Origin: Basidiobolus meristosporus CBS 931.73
Taxonomy: Eukaryota > Fungi > Basidiobolomycota
DNA: 52,550 bases
Direction of reading: 5' to 3'
Assembly (NCBI GenBank): GCA_002104905.1
Contig: MCFE01000617.1
Location: 1 to 52,550 of the forward strand
A program made the translations under genes and the position numbers. Of the stretch, positions 10,464 through 23,522 are shown piece after piece. Numbering within the stretch: the first letter of the stretch is position 1; every line of letters starts with the position of its first letter. The notes beneath the pieces were generated by a model. That model was given only the letters and a program-made list of their open reading frames with translations, did no database searches and was not told the origin of the DNA.

Positions 10464-13400
10464 GTATATATACTTTTACATGGTCTTGGGATAACAAACA
10501 TGTAAAATAGGCTAAGAAAGGTCCCAAGAACATGTGTGCAAAGCTTGGTGCTGTTTGGACAACTTTGAGAATTTTCATGTTCTGGGTACCTGGTATTTTG
10601 GTGAAAATATTCTAAGTAAATCTTGACAAGGAATTTGGTCATTATTCTCTAGGATATGAAGGTAATGATCTAAGTGACTAAGTTAGGGAGATATTTAGGT
10701 GGAAATACAAATTTTTACAACACTCCCACTCAGCTAAATGTCCATAGTGACTAGTCCTAATTTTGACCTAAGATATTCAGACTTGTCTCTAGCTAAAGGT
10801 TTGGTAAATATGTCTGCAATCATTTCATCTGTAGGACAGTAAACTAAGCTAACTAAGTTATTCTATAGCTTCACGTATGATATGATGTCTAATATCTATG
10901 TGCTTGGTTCTAGCATGAAAAGTTGGATTTCTACCTAATTGTATACATCCTTGATTATCTTGAAATAAAGTAATAGGCATTTTTTGACATTGGCCTAAAT
11001 CTGTAAAAAGCTTTCTTAACCACATTGCTTCTTTTGTAGCTTCACCGGCTGCCATATACTCTGCCTCTGTGGTAGAAAGTGCTATGGTTGGTTGCTTTCT
11101 TGAATTCCATGAAATTGCTCCTTGACAGTAGAGTAAGGTGTATCCTGTGGTGGATCTTCTGTCTTTTAGGTTTTGTCCCCAATCAGCATCAGAGTATCCC
11201 ACAAGATCCTGTTCTGAATCCTTATAAGTGTATCTTAAGCAGATATCAGCAGTTCCTTTAAGATATCTAAAAATCCACTTAACTGCTGCAATATGATCAG
11301 ATCCATAGTTCTGATTACATTGGGTGACAACCCCCACTGAATATGAGATATCCAGACGTGTTCCAAGCATAATATACATCAAACTGCCAACCATAGATTA
11401 ATAAGGAAAGTCAGGACTTTCAGATGGCACCAAGCTCTCTTGATTTGGTTGAGTTTTGACCAAGCAAAGGTTTGTTTCCATCGGGGTAGCTGCTGGTTTA
11501 CAGTCTTCCATTTGGTACTTCTTTAGTATATCTCAAATATACTTGGACTGGCTTAGGGTAATAGTCTGGGTACTTCTGTCTATGGAGAACTCAATCCCTA
11601 AGTAGTAACTAAGTTCTCCTAGATTGGACATCTTGAACTCCTTAGATAGGCTGGATTTAGTCTCTTCCAATGTTTCTAGGTTATTGGCAGCTATAATAAA
11701 ATCATCCACATATAGAGCTAATAGAGCTGGATTTGCTCTATCTGGCTTATAGTATATACTATAGTCAGCATTGCTCCTTTTGAAGCTCAAAGATTCCAAA
11801 TGAGAATCTATCTTGCAATTCCAGGCACTTGGTGATTGTTTGGGACCATAAAGTGACTTTTTAAGCTTGCAGACCAAATGGGGGTTGTCTTGGTCAGCAA
11901 ACCCATCCAGCTGGTCCATATACATGTCCTCATCAAGTTCTCCATTTAAAAATGCAGTTTTTACATCCATTTGATGAATAAGAAACTTATATTTGGCTGC
12001 AATAGCCAATATTAATCTGATGGAATTAAACTGGGCTACTGGTGCAAAGGTCTCAGTATAGTCAAGTCCTTTTGTTTGAGAGTATCCTTTGGCCACAAGT
12101 CCTGCTTTGTATCTTTTAATTGTACCATTAGCCTTGTATTTTGTCTTGAAGACCCATCTGCATGCAATTGATTTTTGGTTGATTGGTGATTTGACCAAGT
12201 CCCAAGTTTAATTTTCCATCACGGCCTGATATTCCTCAGTCATTGCAGATCTCCAAAACTTTGTCTGAGGGCTATTTAGGGCCATTTTTACAGTCTGAGA
12301 TTCATCAATATGGACTGAATAGGAATACGCTAAGTTTATACCCTCATTGATATAGTAACTTGGGCTATTTCTTGTCCAATTGGATCTCCAGGCATTTGAT
12401 ACTGGAATGATCACTTCAGGGATATTCCTGGGCACTGATTCTGGGCTGAGCCATGGTTGTAGAGTCCTCTGGAGTGAAAAAATTTTCATTGTTTTGCTCT
12501 GATTTAATCCTGATAATTGGTGGACTTGAGATCAGATTTTTGTCATCATCCGAGGTCATCTTTTAGAAAAATTTTGAATTTTCATCAAACAACACATCCC
12601 TGGACTTGATTAGCTTCTTTGCTTTGGAATTGTAGAGTCTGTATGCTCTACTCCCATTGCAGTAGCCCAAAAATATGCATCTTACACTTTTTGGCTCAAA
12701 TTTGACTGATTTCTGAGCAGTTTCTTGGCATATGCTGTATACCCAAATATTCTGAGTTATTCTGCACTTGGTCTGTGTCTATACCATGCTTCAAATGGAG
12801 TAGAACCACAAAGTATTCTGTTATAACTCCTATATCTAAGATACATAGCAGTGGCACCTGCTTCCACCCAAATATCATAGGATAGTTTTTGATCATGGAT
12901 TATAGATCTTGCCATATCAATTATTGATCTGTTAGCATGTTCTGCTACTGCATTTTGCTGTGGGGAGCATGGTACAGTAGTCTCTTGCTTTATCCCATGA
13001 ATTTTGCAGAAGTGGATGAAGAGTTATGAGGTATATTCTCCACCATTGTCAGAGCATATTTTCTTGATTTTTTGACCAGTTTCTCTCTCCACCATGGCTT
13101 TAAGCTCCCTGAACTTAAAAAGAGCTTCTTCCTTTCTCTCCACAAAGTAGACCCATGTGTATCTTGTATAATCATCAATAAAGGTGATCAAATACTTCAT
13201 CCTGCCTTAAGATAAATTTGCATAGGTCCACACAGATCTGAGTGAATTAGATCTAATTTTTTCTTAGTTTTGATCAACTCAAAGCTCTTGATCAGTTGTC
13301 TGGCTTGTTTCCCATATATGCAGTCTTCACAGTGCTCCAAATTGGCTGGGGGATCAATTTTTACTCCAGATATTAGCTGATCTTTGATCATTTTGCACAT

Positions 13401-13665
13401 ATAATCAAAATGGATGTGGCCAAATCTCATGTGCCAAAGCATTGGAGTTTCTTCATTCAAGTTACTTACATTGGCTTCCAAATATAATGGAGTATTAGTC
13501 AACCTGTATAGATTCCGATCTCTGATACCTGAAACAATATGGCCACCATTTTGATCAGTAATCTGGCATCCAGAATTGTCAAAGCTGAAACTGAGTCCTT
13601 CTGCTGTGGCCTTGCTTAAAGATTGTAGGTTCTTGGCTATTTCTGGTACATAGGGCACTTCTTTA

Positions 13666-14014
13666 TGCTGTAAGAGTCTTGGAGATATTGGAAATGATTG
13701 GGAGGACAAGTAGATTCTGAGGTTTTCACTTCATCAATTATTGAATGTAAAAGTAGTATTTATACTTTTACATGGTCTTGGCATAACAAGTACTTAAAGT
13801 AAATTACGGAAGGTCCCAAGAACATGTGTGCAAAGTTTGGGGCTGTCTAGACAGTTTTGAAAATTTTCATGCTCTGGGTACCTGGTATTTTGGGGAAAAT
13901 ATTCTAAGTAAATCCCAACAAGGAATTTGGTCAGTATTTTCTAGGATTTGAATGTGATGATCTAAGTGACCAAGTTAGGTGAATATTTAGGTGGAATTAC
14001 AAATTTTTACAACG
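13666..14014 (-). mobile_element. Solo Copia LTR inserted in the protease region of B
   Basis: TSD CTTTA (13661-13665 and 14015-14019). Confidence 0.95.
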
Positions 14015-15330
14015 CTTTAAAGGTCAGTGTATAGCTTCCTTCACTGCTTCTAAGGTTTACTTGGATAGTTCCTTCTTCCACTGCATCAAGTGTTCTATTG
14101 TCACCCATGAAAACCTTCTTAATTGGAATTTCTTGATATTGGGTAAAAAGTTCTTTTTGGTGTGTAGAGTGTTGAGAAGCTCCAGAGTCAATATACCACG
14201 TCTGAGAATCCTTGTTTGTGGTCATATTTAGTGCAGATATGAATAGTCTATCTTCAGTTGTTGCAGCATTTCCATATTTAGCCTTCTTTTGCTGATTATC
14301 TTTCTTTTTGAGACACCGGTCTGATGTGTGTCCTTTCCTTTTGCAGTAGTTACAAAAAAGGTTGCTGTTGCCTTTGTAGGGTCTTGGGTACCTTCTTTGT
14401 TGGCTATCATTGCGTATTAAAGCATTTTCTTCTTCCTTCTTATTTGCGCTTGATTTTCTTAATTCTTCATCCAGGAGCCTTCCATATATGTAATTTAAGG
14501 TCAAATCTTCAGTTCTGGACTCTAGGGCTGATACAAGGCCCTGAAACCTGTCTGTCAGGCTATTCAGGATGGTAACTATCACATCCTCATCAGTAGTTGG
14601 TACACCTACAGATTCTATCTCATCTACCAGCAGGGTAATTCTGTTAATTAGATTTTTCATTTTTTTGCCTGGCAGCATCTTTGTAGTAAAGATTTTTTAT
14701 CTTAGATACATTTTCTTAGCAGCTGAACATGACTGGTAGGTGTCTTCTAATGCCTTCCAGGCATTTTTTTGCCGTTTTTGCTCCTGAGCATTGTATTAGC
14801 AATTTGTCTTTAACATTAAGGCAAATGCAGTTAAAGGCACTTTGTTCTTTCTTCTGGTACTTTAAGGCTTCCTCTCCCACATTTTTAGGAGGGCATTCTT
14901 CTCCCATGACAATATCCCAAAGGCCTTTTTCTTGTAGCAGCATCTTCATCTTTGATGTAAAATTTGTATTTCCACCTAAATATTCACCTAACTTAGTCAC
15001 TTAGATCATTACCTTCAAATCCTAGAGAATACTGACCAAATTCCTTGTTGGGATTTACTTAGAATATTTTACCAAAATACCAGGTACCCAGAACATGAAA
15101 ATTCTCAAAGTTGTCCAAACAGCCCCAAACTTTGCACACATGTTCTTGGGACCTTCCTTAGCCTATTCTACGTGTTTGTAATGCCAAGACCAGGTAAAAG
15201 TATAAACACTACTTTTACATTCAATAAATCATTAAGTGAAAACCACATAATCTACTTGTTCTCCAAATCACATCCAATATCTCCAAGACTCTTACAGCAG
15301 GTTATGAGCCCCAAGCTGTCACTCTCTGCA

Positions 15331-16641
15331 ATGTCTACTACTGCTATTACTGGAATATTTCCCTCTGCTGAAAAGTTGGATGGATCTAACTACCAAGTGT
15401 GGAAGGTGAAGATGAAGATGCTACTACAAGAAAAAGGCCTTTGGGATATTGTCATGGGAGAAGAATGCCCTCCTAAAAACGTGGGAGAGGAAGCCTTAAA
15501 GTACCAGAAGAAAGAACAAAGTGCCTTTAACTGCATTTGCCTTAATGTCAAGGACAAATTGCTAATTCAATGCTCAAGAGCAAAAACAGCAAAGAATGCC
15601 TGGAAAGCATTGGAAGACACCTACCAGTCATGTTCAGCTGCCAAGAGAATGTATCTGAGACAAAAATCCTTTATTATAAAGATGCTGCCACAAGAAGAAA
15701 TGAAAGATCTAATTATTAGAATTACCCTGTTGGTAGATGAGATGGAATCTGTGGGTGTACCAACTACTGATGAGGATGTGATAGTTGCCATCCTGAATAG
15801 CCTGACAGACAGGTTTCAAGGCCTTGTATCAGCCCTAGAGTCCAGAACTGAAGATTTGACCTTAAATTACATATATAGAAGGCTCCTGGATGAAGAATTA
15901 AGAAAATCAAGCGCAAATAAGAAGGAAGAAGAAAATGCTTTAATACGCAATGATAGCCAACAAAGAAGGTACCCAAGACCCTACAAAGGCAACAGCAACC
16001 TGTTTTGTAACTACTGCAAAAGGAAAGGACACACATCAGACCGGTGTCTCAAAAAGAAAGATAATCAGCAAAAGAAGGCTAAATATGGAAATGCTGCAAC
16101 AACTGAAGATAGACTATTCATATCTGCACTAAATATGACCACAAACAAGGATTCTCAGACGTGGTATATTGACTCTGGAGCTTCTCAACACTTTACACAC
16201 CAAAAAGTACTTTTTACCCAATATCAAGAAATTCCAATTAAGAAGGTTTTCATGGGTGACAATAGAACACTTGATGCAGTGGGAGAAGGAACTATCCAAG
16301 TAAACCTTAGAAGCAGTGAAGGAAGCCATACACTGACCTTTAAAGAAGTACTCTATGTACCAGAAATAGCCAAGAACCTACTCTCTGTAAGCAAGGCCAC
16401 AGCAGAAGGACTCAGTTTCAGTTTTGACAATTCTAGATGCAGGATCACTGATCAAAATGGTGCCCATATTGCATTGGGCATCAGAGATCAGAATCTATAC
16501 AAGTTGGCTTATATTTCATCATATTTGGAAGCCAATATAAGTAACTTAAATGAAGAAACACCAATGCTTTGGCCCAGGAGACTTGGACACATCAATTTTG
16601 ATTATTTGCGTAAAATGATCAAAGATCAGCTAATTTCTTGA
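15331..16641 (+). CDS. Copia Gag-protease ORF of element C, ending at a premature stop
   Basis: MSTTAITGIFPSAEKLDGSNYQVWKVKMKMLL (copia gag N-terminus), CNYCKRKGHTSDRC zinc knuckle, WYIDSGAS protease motif. Confidence 0.85.
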   Translation: MSTTAITGIFPSAEKLDGSNYQVWKVKMKMLLQEKGLWDIVMGEECPPKNVGEEALKYQKKEQSAFNCICLNVKDKLLIQCSRAKTAKNAWKALEDTYQSCSAAKRMYLRQKSFIIKMLPQEEMKDLIIRITLLVDEMESVGVPTTDEDVIVAILNSLTDRFQGLVSALESRTEDLTLNYIYRRLLDEELRKSSANKKEEENALIRNDSQQRRYPRPYKGNSNLFCNYCKRKGHTSDRCLKKKDNQQKKAKYGNAATTEDRLFISALNMTTNKDSQTWYIDSGASQHFTHQKVLFTQYQEIPIKKVFMGDNRTLDAVGEGTIQVNLRSSEGSHTLTFKEVLYVPEIAKNLLSVSKATAEGLSFSFDNSRCRITDQNGAHIALGIRDQNLYKLAYISSYLEANISNLNEETPMLWPRRLGHINFDYLRKMIKDQLIS

Positions 16642-19270
16642 GTGAAAATTGATCCCCCAGCTAATTTGGATCTCTGTGAAGCTTACATATATGGGAAACA
16701 AGCCAGACAACCGTTCAAGAGCTCTGGGTTGATCAAAACTAAGAAAAATTAGATCTAATTCACTCAGATCTGTGTGGACCTATGCAAAATTTATCCTTAG
16801 GCGGGATGAAGTATTTAATCACTTTTATTGATGATTATGCACAATACACATGGGTCTACTTCATGGAGAGAAAGGAAGAAGCTCTGTCTAAGTTCAGGGA
16901 GTTTAAAGCCATGGTGGAGAGAGAAAATGGTGAAAAAATCAAGAAAATATGCTCTGACAATGGTGGAGAATATACCTCAAAACTCTTCATCCACTTCTGC
17001 AAAATTCATGGGATAAAGCAAGAGACTACTGTACCATACTCCCCACAGCAAAATGGAGTAGCAGAATGAGCTAACAGATCAATAATTGATATGGCACAAT
17101 CTATGATCCATGATCAAAAATTATCCTATGATTTTTGGGTGGTATCAGTTGCCACCACTGTATACCTTAAAAATAGGAGTTATAACAGAATACTTCGTGA
17201 TTTTACTCCATTTGAAGCATGGTATGGATACAGACCAAGTGCAGAACATTTAAGAATATTGGGGTGTACAGCATATGCTAAGAAACTGCCCAGATATCAG
17301 TCAAATTTGAGCCAAAAAGTGTAAAATGCATATTTTTGGGCTACTGCAATGAGAGTAAGGCATACAGACTCTACAATGCCAAAGCAAAGAAGCTGATCAA
17401 GTCTAGGAATGTGTTGTTTGATGAAAATTCAAAATTTTCACAAAAAATGACATCAGATGATTACAAAAATTTGATCTCAAGTACACCAATTGTCAGGATT
17501 GAATCAGAGCAAAACAATGAAGATTTTTTCTCTCCAGAGGACTCTACAACTGTGGTTCAACCAGAATTAGTGCCCAGGAATATCCCAGAAGTGATCATTC
17601 CAGTATCAAATGCCCGGAGATCCAATTGGACAAGAAATAGCCCAAATTACTATATTAATGAGGGTACAAACTTAGCCTATGCCTATTCAGTCCATATTGA
17701 TGAATCCCAGACTGTAAAAGAGGCCCTAAATAGCCCTCAGACAAAGTTTTGGAGATTTGCAATGACTGAGGAATATCAGGCCCTGATGGAAAATCAAACT
17801 TGGTACTTAGTCAAATTACCAATCAACCAAAAATCACTTGGATGCAGATGGGTCTTTAAGACAAAATACAACGCTGATGGTACAATTAAAAGATACAAAG
17901 CAAGACTTGTAGCCAAAGGATACTCTCAAACAAAAGGACTTGGCTATACTGAGACCTTTGCACTGGTAGCCAAGTTTAATTCCATCAGATTAATATTGGC
18001 AATTGCAGCCAAATATAAGTTTCTTATTCATCAAATGGATGTAAAAACTGCATTTTTGAATGGAGAACTTGATGAGGACGTGTATATGGACCAGCCTGAT
18101 GGGTTTGTTGACCACAATAGCCCCCATTTGTTCTGCAAGCTTAAAAAGTCACTATATGGTCTCAAACAGTCACCAAGAGCCTGGAATTGCAAGATAGATT
18201 CTTATTTGGAATCTTTGAGTTTCAAAAGAAGTAATGCTGACTATAGTATATACTATAAGCCAGATAGAGCAAATCCAGCTCTATTAGCTCTATATGTGGA
18301 TGATCTTATTATAGCCACCAATAACCTAGAAACATTGGAAGAGACTAAATCCAGCCTATCTAAGGAGTTCAAGATGTCTGATCTAGGAGAACTTAGTTAA
18401 TACTTAGGGATTAAGTTCTCCATAGACAGAAGTACCTAGACTATTACCCTAAGCCAGTCCAAGTATATTTGAGATATACTAAAGAAGTACCAAATGGAAG
18501 ACTGTAAACCAGCAGCTACCCCAATGGAGACAAACCTTTGCTTGGTCAAAATTCAACCAAATCAAGAGAGCTTGGTGCCATCTGAAAGCCCTGACTTTCC
18601 TTATCAATCTATGGTCGGCAGTCTGATGTATATCATGCTTGGAACACGTCCAGATATCTCATATTCAGTGGGAGTTGTCAGCCAACATAATCAGAACTGT
18701 GGATCTGGTCATATTGCAGCAGTTAAGTGGATTTTTAGATACTCAAAAGGAACTGCTGATATCTGCTTAAGATACACTTATAAGGACTCAGAACAAGATC
18801 TTGTGGGATACTCTGATGCAGATTGGGGACAAAATTTAGAAGACAGAATATCTACCACAGGATACACCTTTCTTTACTGTAAAGGAGCAATTTCATGGAA
18901 TTCAAGAAAGCAACCAACTGTAGCACTTTCTACCACAGAGGCAGAGTACATGGCAGCCTGTGAAGCTACAACAGAAGCAATGTGGTTAAGAAAGCTGTTT
19001 ACAGATTTAGGTCTATGTCAAAAAATGCCTATTACTTTATTTCAAGATAATCAAGGATGTATACAATTAGGTAGAAATCCAACTTTTCATACTTGAACCA
19101 GGCACATATATATTAGATACCATTTCATACGTGAAGCTATAGAGAATAACTTAGTTAGCTTAGTTTACTGTCCTACAGATGAAATGATTGCAGACATTTT
19201 TACCAAACCATTAGCTAGAGACAAGTTTGAATATCTTAGGTCAAGATTAGGACTAGTCAGTATGAACATT
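16642..19270 (+). pseudogene. Copia pol (integrase-RT-RNase H) of element C with stops and frameshifts
   Basis: IHSDLCGP, IDDYAQYTW, SDNGGEY, QQNGVAE*ANR, MDVKTAFLNGEL, YVDD, YSDADW. Stops include TGA at 17067 where AER is expected. Confidence 0.92.
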
Positions 19271-20095
19271 TAGCTGAGTGGGAGTGTTGTAAAATTCATA
19301 TTTCCACCTAAATATTCACCTAACTTAGTCACTTAGATCATTACCTTCAAATCCTAGAGAATACTGACCAAATTCCTTGTTGGGATTTACTTAGAATATT
19401 TTCACCAAAATGCCAGGTACCCAGAACATGAAAATTCTCAAAGTTGTCCAAACAGCCCCAAACTTTGCACACATGTTCTTGGGACCTTCCTTAGCCTATT
19501 CTACGTGTTTGTAATGCCAAGACCAGGTAAAAGTATAAACACTACTTTTACATTCAATAAATCATTAAGTGAAAACCACATAATCTACTTGTTCTCCAAA
19601 TCACTTCCAATATCTCCAAGACTCTTACAACAATCTTTACCTTTCACACTTGGTAGTTATATCCATCCAACTGCTCAGCAGAGGAAAAAATTCTAGTAGT
19701 AGCCGTAGTAGACATTGCAGAGAGTGACAGCTTGGGGCTCATAACCTGTTGTAAGAGTCTTGGAGATATTGGAAGTGATTGGGAGAACAAGTAGATAATG
19801 TGGTTTTCACTTAATGATTTATTGGATGTAAAAGTAGTATTTATACTTCTACCTGGTCTTGGCATTACAAACATGTAGAATAGGTCAAGGAAGGTCCCAA
19901 GAACATATGTGCAAGGTTTGGGGCTGTTTGGACAGCTTTGAGAATTTTCATGTTCTGGGTACCTGGTATTTTGGTGAAAATATTCTAAGTAAATCCCAAC
20001 AAGGAATTTGGCCAATATTCTCTAGGATTTGAAGTTAATGATCTGAGTGACTAAGTTAGTTGAATATTTAGGTGGAAATACAAATTTTTACAACA

Positions 20096-20697
20096 CTTCA
20101 CATTGAGGCAAATGCAGTTAAAGGCACTATGTTCTTTCTTCTGGTACTCTAAGGTTTTCTCTTCCATGTTTTTAGGAGGGCATTCTTCTCCCATGACAAT
20201 ATCCCAAAGGCCTTTTTCTTGTAGTAGCATCTTCATCTTCACCTTCCACATTTGGTAGTTAGATCCATCCAACTTTTCAGCAGAGGGAAAAATTCCAGTA
20301 ATAGCAGTAGTAGACATTGCAGAGAGTGACAGCTTGGGGCTCATAACCTGTTCTAAGAGTCTAGGAGATATTGGAAGTGATTGGGAGGACAGGTAGATTA
20401 AGTGGTCTTTACTTAACAATTTATTGAATCTAAAAGTAGTATATATACTTTTACATGGTCTTGGCATAGCAAACATGTAGAATAGGTTAAGAAAGGTTCC
20501 AAGAGCATGTGTGCAAAGTTTGGGGCTGTTTGGACAACTTTGAGAATTTTCATGTTCTGGGTACCTGGCATTTTGGTGAAAATCTACTAAGTAGATTCCA
20601 ACAAGGAAGTTGGTCAGTATTCTCTAGGATATGAAGGTAAGTATCTAAGTGACTAAGTTAGGTAAATATTTAAGTGGAAATACAAATATTTACAACA
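20096..20697 (-). mobile_element. Copia element A: 5' LTR, PBS and first ~250 bp of gag, cut by element B
   Basis: LTR 20349-20697, PBS (reverse) 20337-20348, gag to CLNVK. The rest of A is not found in the window. Confidence 0.9.
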
Positions 20698-21420
20698 CAA
20701 TGTGCTATCCATATCACACAGTTAAAGTTATTCAAATCTTATTTGTGCGTTGTCCAGTGAGTTATACATGGCTACTTTCAGTTATCTTTTATCTTGGTGG
20801 GATGCACCATTCTTCATAATATCATTACATATTTTCAAAGCAGCATATTTCACATTGGTGATGGTGAGTTGAGTGTAGTCCTCCCAAGCAAGAAATACTT
20901 AATATGGTTGGATCTGTTGTAGCAAAAGTCTTTGACTGGGAGCAATGCATTTTCTTCCCAATACTGTCCCAATATAGATGACCAAGTTGTCAATGAATTA
21001 TTTTTAGCTAAATGAGCCCTGTGAGATATTTGAAGTATTTGAAAGAATGGGCAAAGTACTAAAAGGTAGACTTTCTCTGTCAGATAGTGCCATATAGCTT
21101 CAGTTGGCTTGCACTGTAGGGTTGATCCAGCACTCCATATCACTATTTTGCACAACCTTTGCCATGATGCAAGCTGTTGAGTGCAAGTGAAGGATATTTT
21201 TACTATTCAGTATATAGATTACTCCAGGTAGTTTTTTAGCTGCTTTATTCACTTATGGTATTCCAACCACATCTGTCTCAAAGTGGTTCTACTTTTATGA
21301 GTATACTAAGCATAAGTAAAGATCATGGCTACTTTGTCCATTCTGCAAATGTCTCCTATGTGTGAGCTTCCACTGTGCTTACCTGCTAAAACTCTGAATC
21401 TCTTTGGACATCCAAGTATA
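20698..21420 (+). pseudogene. Heavily degenerate CACTA transposase relic
   Basis: 20905-20960 matches the reverse complement of the transposase segment at 33110-33165. Confidence 0.5.
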
Positions 21421-21769
21421 TGTTGTAAGAGTCTTGGAGATATTGGAAGTGATTGGGAGAACAAGTGGATTATGTGATTTTCACTTAATGATTTATTGAA
21501 TGTAAAAGTAGTGTTTATACTTTTACCTGGTCTTGGCTTTAAAAACACGTAGAATAGGCTAAGGAAGGTCCCAAGAACATGTGTGCAAAGTTTGGGGCTG
21601 TTTGGACAACTCTGAGAATTTTCATGTTCTGGGTACCTGGTATTTTGGTGAAACTATTCTAAGTAAATCCCAACAAGGAATTTGGTCAGTATTCTCTATG
21701 ATTTGAAGGTAATGATCTAAGTGACTAAGTTAGGTGAATATTCAGGTGGAAATACAAATTTTTACAACA
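21421..21769 (-). mobile_element. Solo Copia LTR (family 1)
   Basis: TSD GTATA (21416-21420 and 21770-21774). Confidence 0.96.
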
Positions 21770-21886
21770 GTATATACTGTAATCTCACTCTGAAACAATG
21801 CCAGCAGTTTGAGATTTTGACCCTTTTTGCAATGCAGTGGGCAATTGTGCTGGTGTATTGCTATTTGGATTGCCCAATGTAATAAT

Positions 21887-22236
21887 TGCTGCAATACTCT
21901 GGGGAGTGTTGGAAGTGATGTGGAGAACTAGAGAATTTACATGTTGTTCACTTGTAGAATTATTGATCAAAAGTATGGTATTTATACTTTTGATAGAGTA
22001 GAGAAAACAAACATGCAGAGTTTGTTACAGAGGGTCCCAAGAATATGTGTGCAGAGTGTGGGGTCTTTTGGACTACTATGAGAAAAATAATAATCTGGGT
22101 GCCTGACAATATTGGTGAAAATATTCCAAGTTAATCCCAACCAGAAATCTGGTCAGGACAGAATGCTAATCACAGTATAAGATCTATGTGACTAAGTTAG
22201 CAGGAATATTTAGGTGACAGCTCAATAATCACAACA
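21887..22236 (-). mobile_element. Solo Copia LTR, subfamily 2
   Basis: TGCTGCAA...TCACAACA with TSD ATAAT. Confidence 0.9.
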
Positions 22237-23522
22237 ATAATAAACTTGGCAGTGATTCAGCAGTTATTGGTGTTGTAAGAGTCTTGGAGATATTGGAGTA
22301 ATTGGGAGGACAGGTAGATTATGTAGTTTTCACTTAATGATTTATTGAATGTAAAAGTAGTATTTATACTTTACCTGGTCTTGGCATTACAAACACATAG
22401 AATGGATTACAAAAGGTCACAAGAACATGTGTGCAAAGTTTGGGGCTGTTTGGACAACTTTGAGAATTTTCATGTTCTGGGTACATGGTATTTTGGTGAA
22501 AATATTCTAAGTAAATCCCAACAAGAAATTTGGTCAGTATTCTCTAGGATATGAAGGTAATGATCTAAGTGACCAAGTTAGGTGAATATTCAGGTGGAAA
22601 TACAAATTTTTACAACACTCCCACTCAGCTAAATGTTCATACTGACTAGTCCTAATTTTGACCTAAGATATTCAAACTTGTCTCTAGCTAATGGTTTGGT
22701 AAATATGTCAGCACTCATTTCATCTGTAGGACAGTAAACTAAGCTAACTAAGTTATTCTCTTTAGCTTCACATATGAAATGATGTCTGATATCTATGTAC
22801 TTGGTTCTAGCATGAAAAGTTGGATTTCTACCTAATTGTATACATCCTTGATTATTTTGAAATAAAGTAATAGGTGTTTTTTGACATAGGCCTAAATCTG
22901 CAAAAAGCTTTCTTAACCACATTGCTTTTTTTGTAGCTTCACAGGCTGCCATATACTCTGCCTCTGTGGTAGAAAGTGCTATGGTTGGTTGCTTTCTTGA
23001 GTTGCATGAAATTGCTCCTTTGCAGAAAAGAAAGGTGTATCCTGTGGTAGATATTCTGTCTTCCAAATTTTGTCCCTAATCAGCATCAGAGTATCCCACA
23101 AGATCTGGTTCTGAATTCTTATAAGTGTATGTTAAGCAGATATCAGCAGTTCCTTTTGAGTATCTAAAAATCCACTTAACTGCTGCAATATGACCAGATC
23201 CATAGTTCTGATTATGTTGGCTGACAACCCCCACTGAATATGAGATATCTGGACGTGTTCAAGCATAATATACATCAGACTGCCAACCATAGGTTGATCA
23301 GGAAAGTCAGGACTTTCAGATGGCACCAAGCTCTCTTGATTTGGTAGAGTTTTGACCAAGTTAAGGCTTGTCTCCATTGGGGTAGCTGCTGGTTTACAGT
23401 CTTCCATTTGGTACTTCTTTAGTATATCTCAAATAAGCTTTTATTGGCTTAGGGTAATAGTCTAGGTACTTTGGTCTATGGAGAACTTAATCCCTAAGTA
23501 TTAACTAAGTTCTCCTAGATTG

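Larger units (their letters stand above)
14953..19632 (+). mobile_element. Full-length Copia element C, recent, inserted antisense in the gag of B
   Basis: LTRs 14953-15299 and 19285-19632 differ at about 7 positions. TSD ATCTT. PBS GGTTATGAGCCC 15300-15311. PPT 19272-19284. Domain order gag-PR-IN-RT-RH. Confidence 0.97.
10464..20095 (-). mobile_element. Copia element B (degenerate), host to element C and a solo LTR
   Basis: 5' LTR 19747-20095, PBS (reverse) 19735-19746, gag 14007-14952, IN ~12500-13660, RT 11533-12198 (MDVKTAFLNG, YVDD), RNase H 10858-11394, PPT 10723-10735, truncated 3' LTR 10464-10722. Confidence 0.92.
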
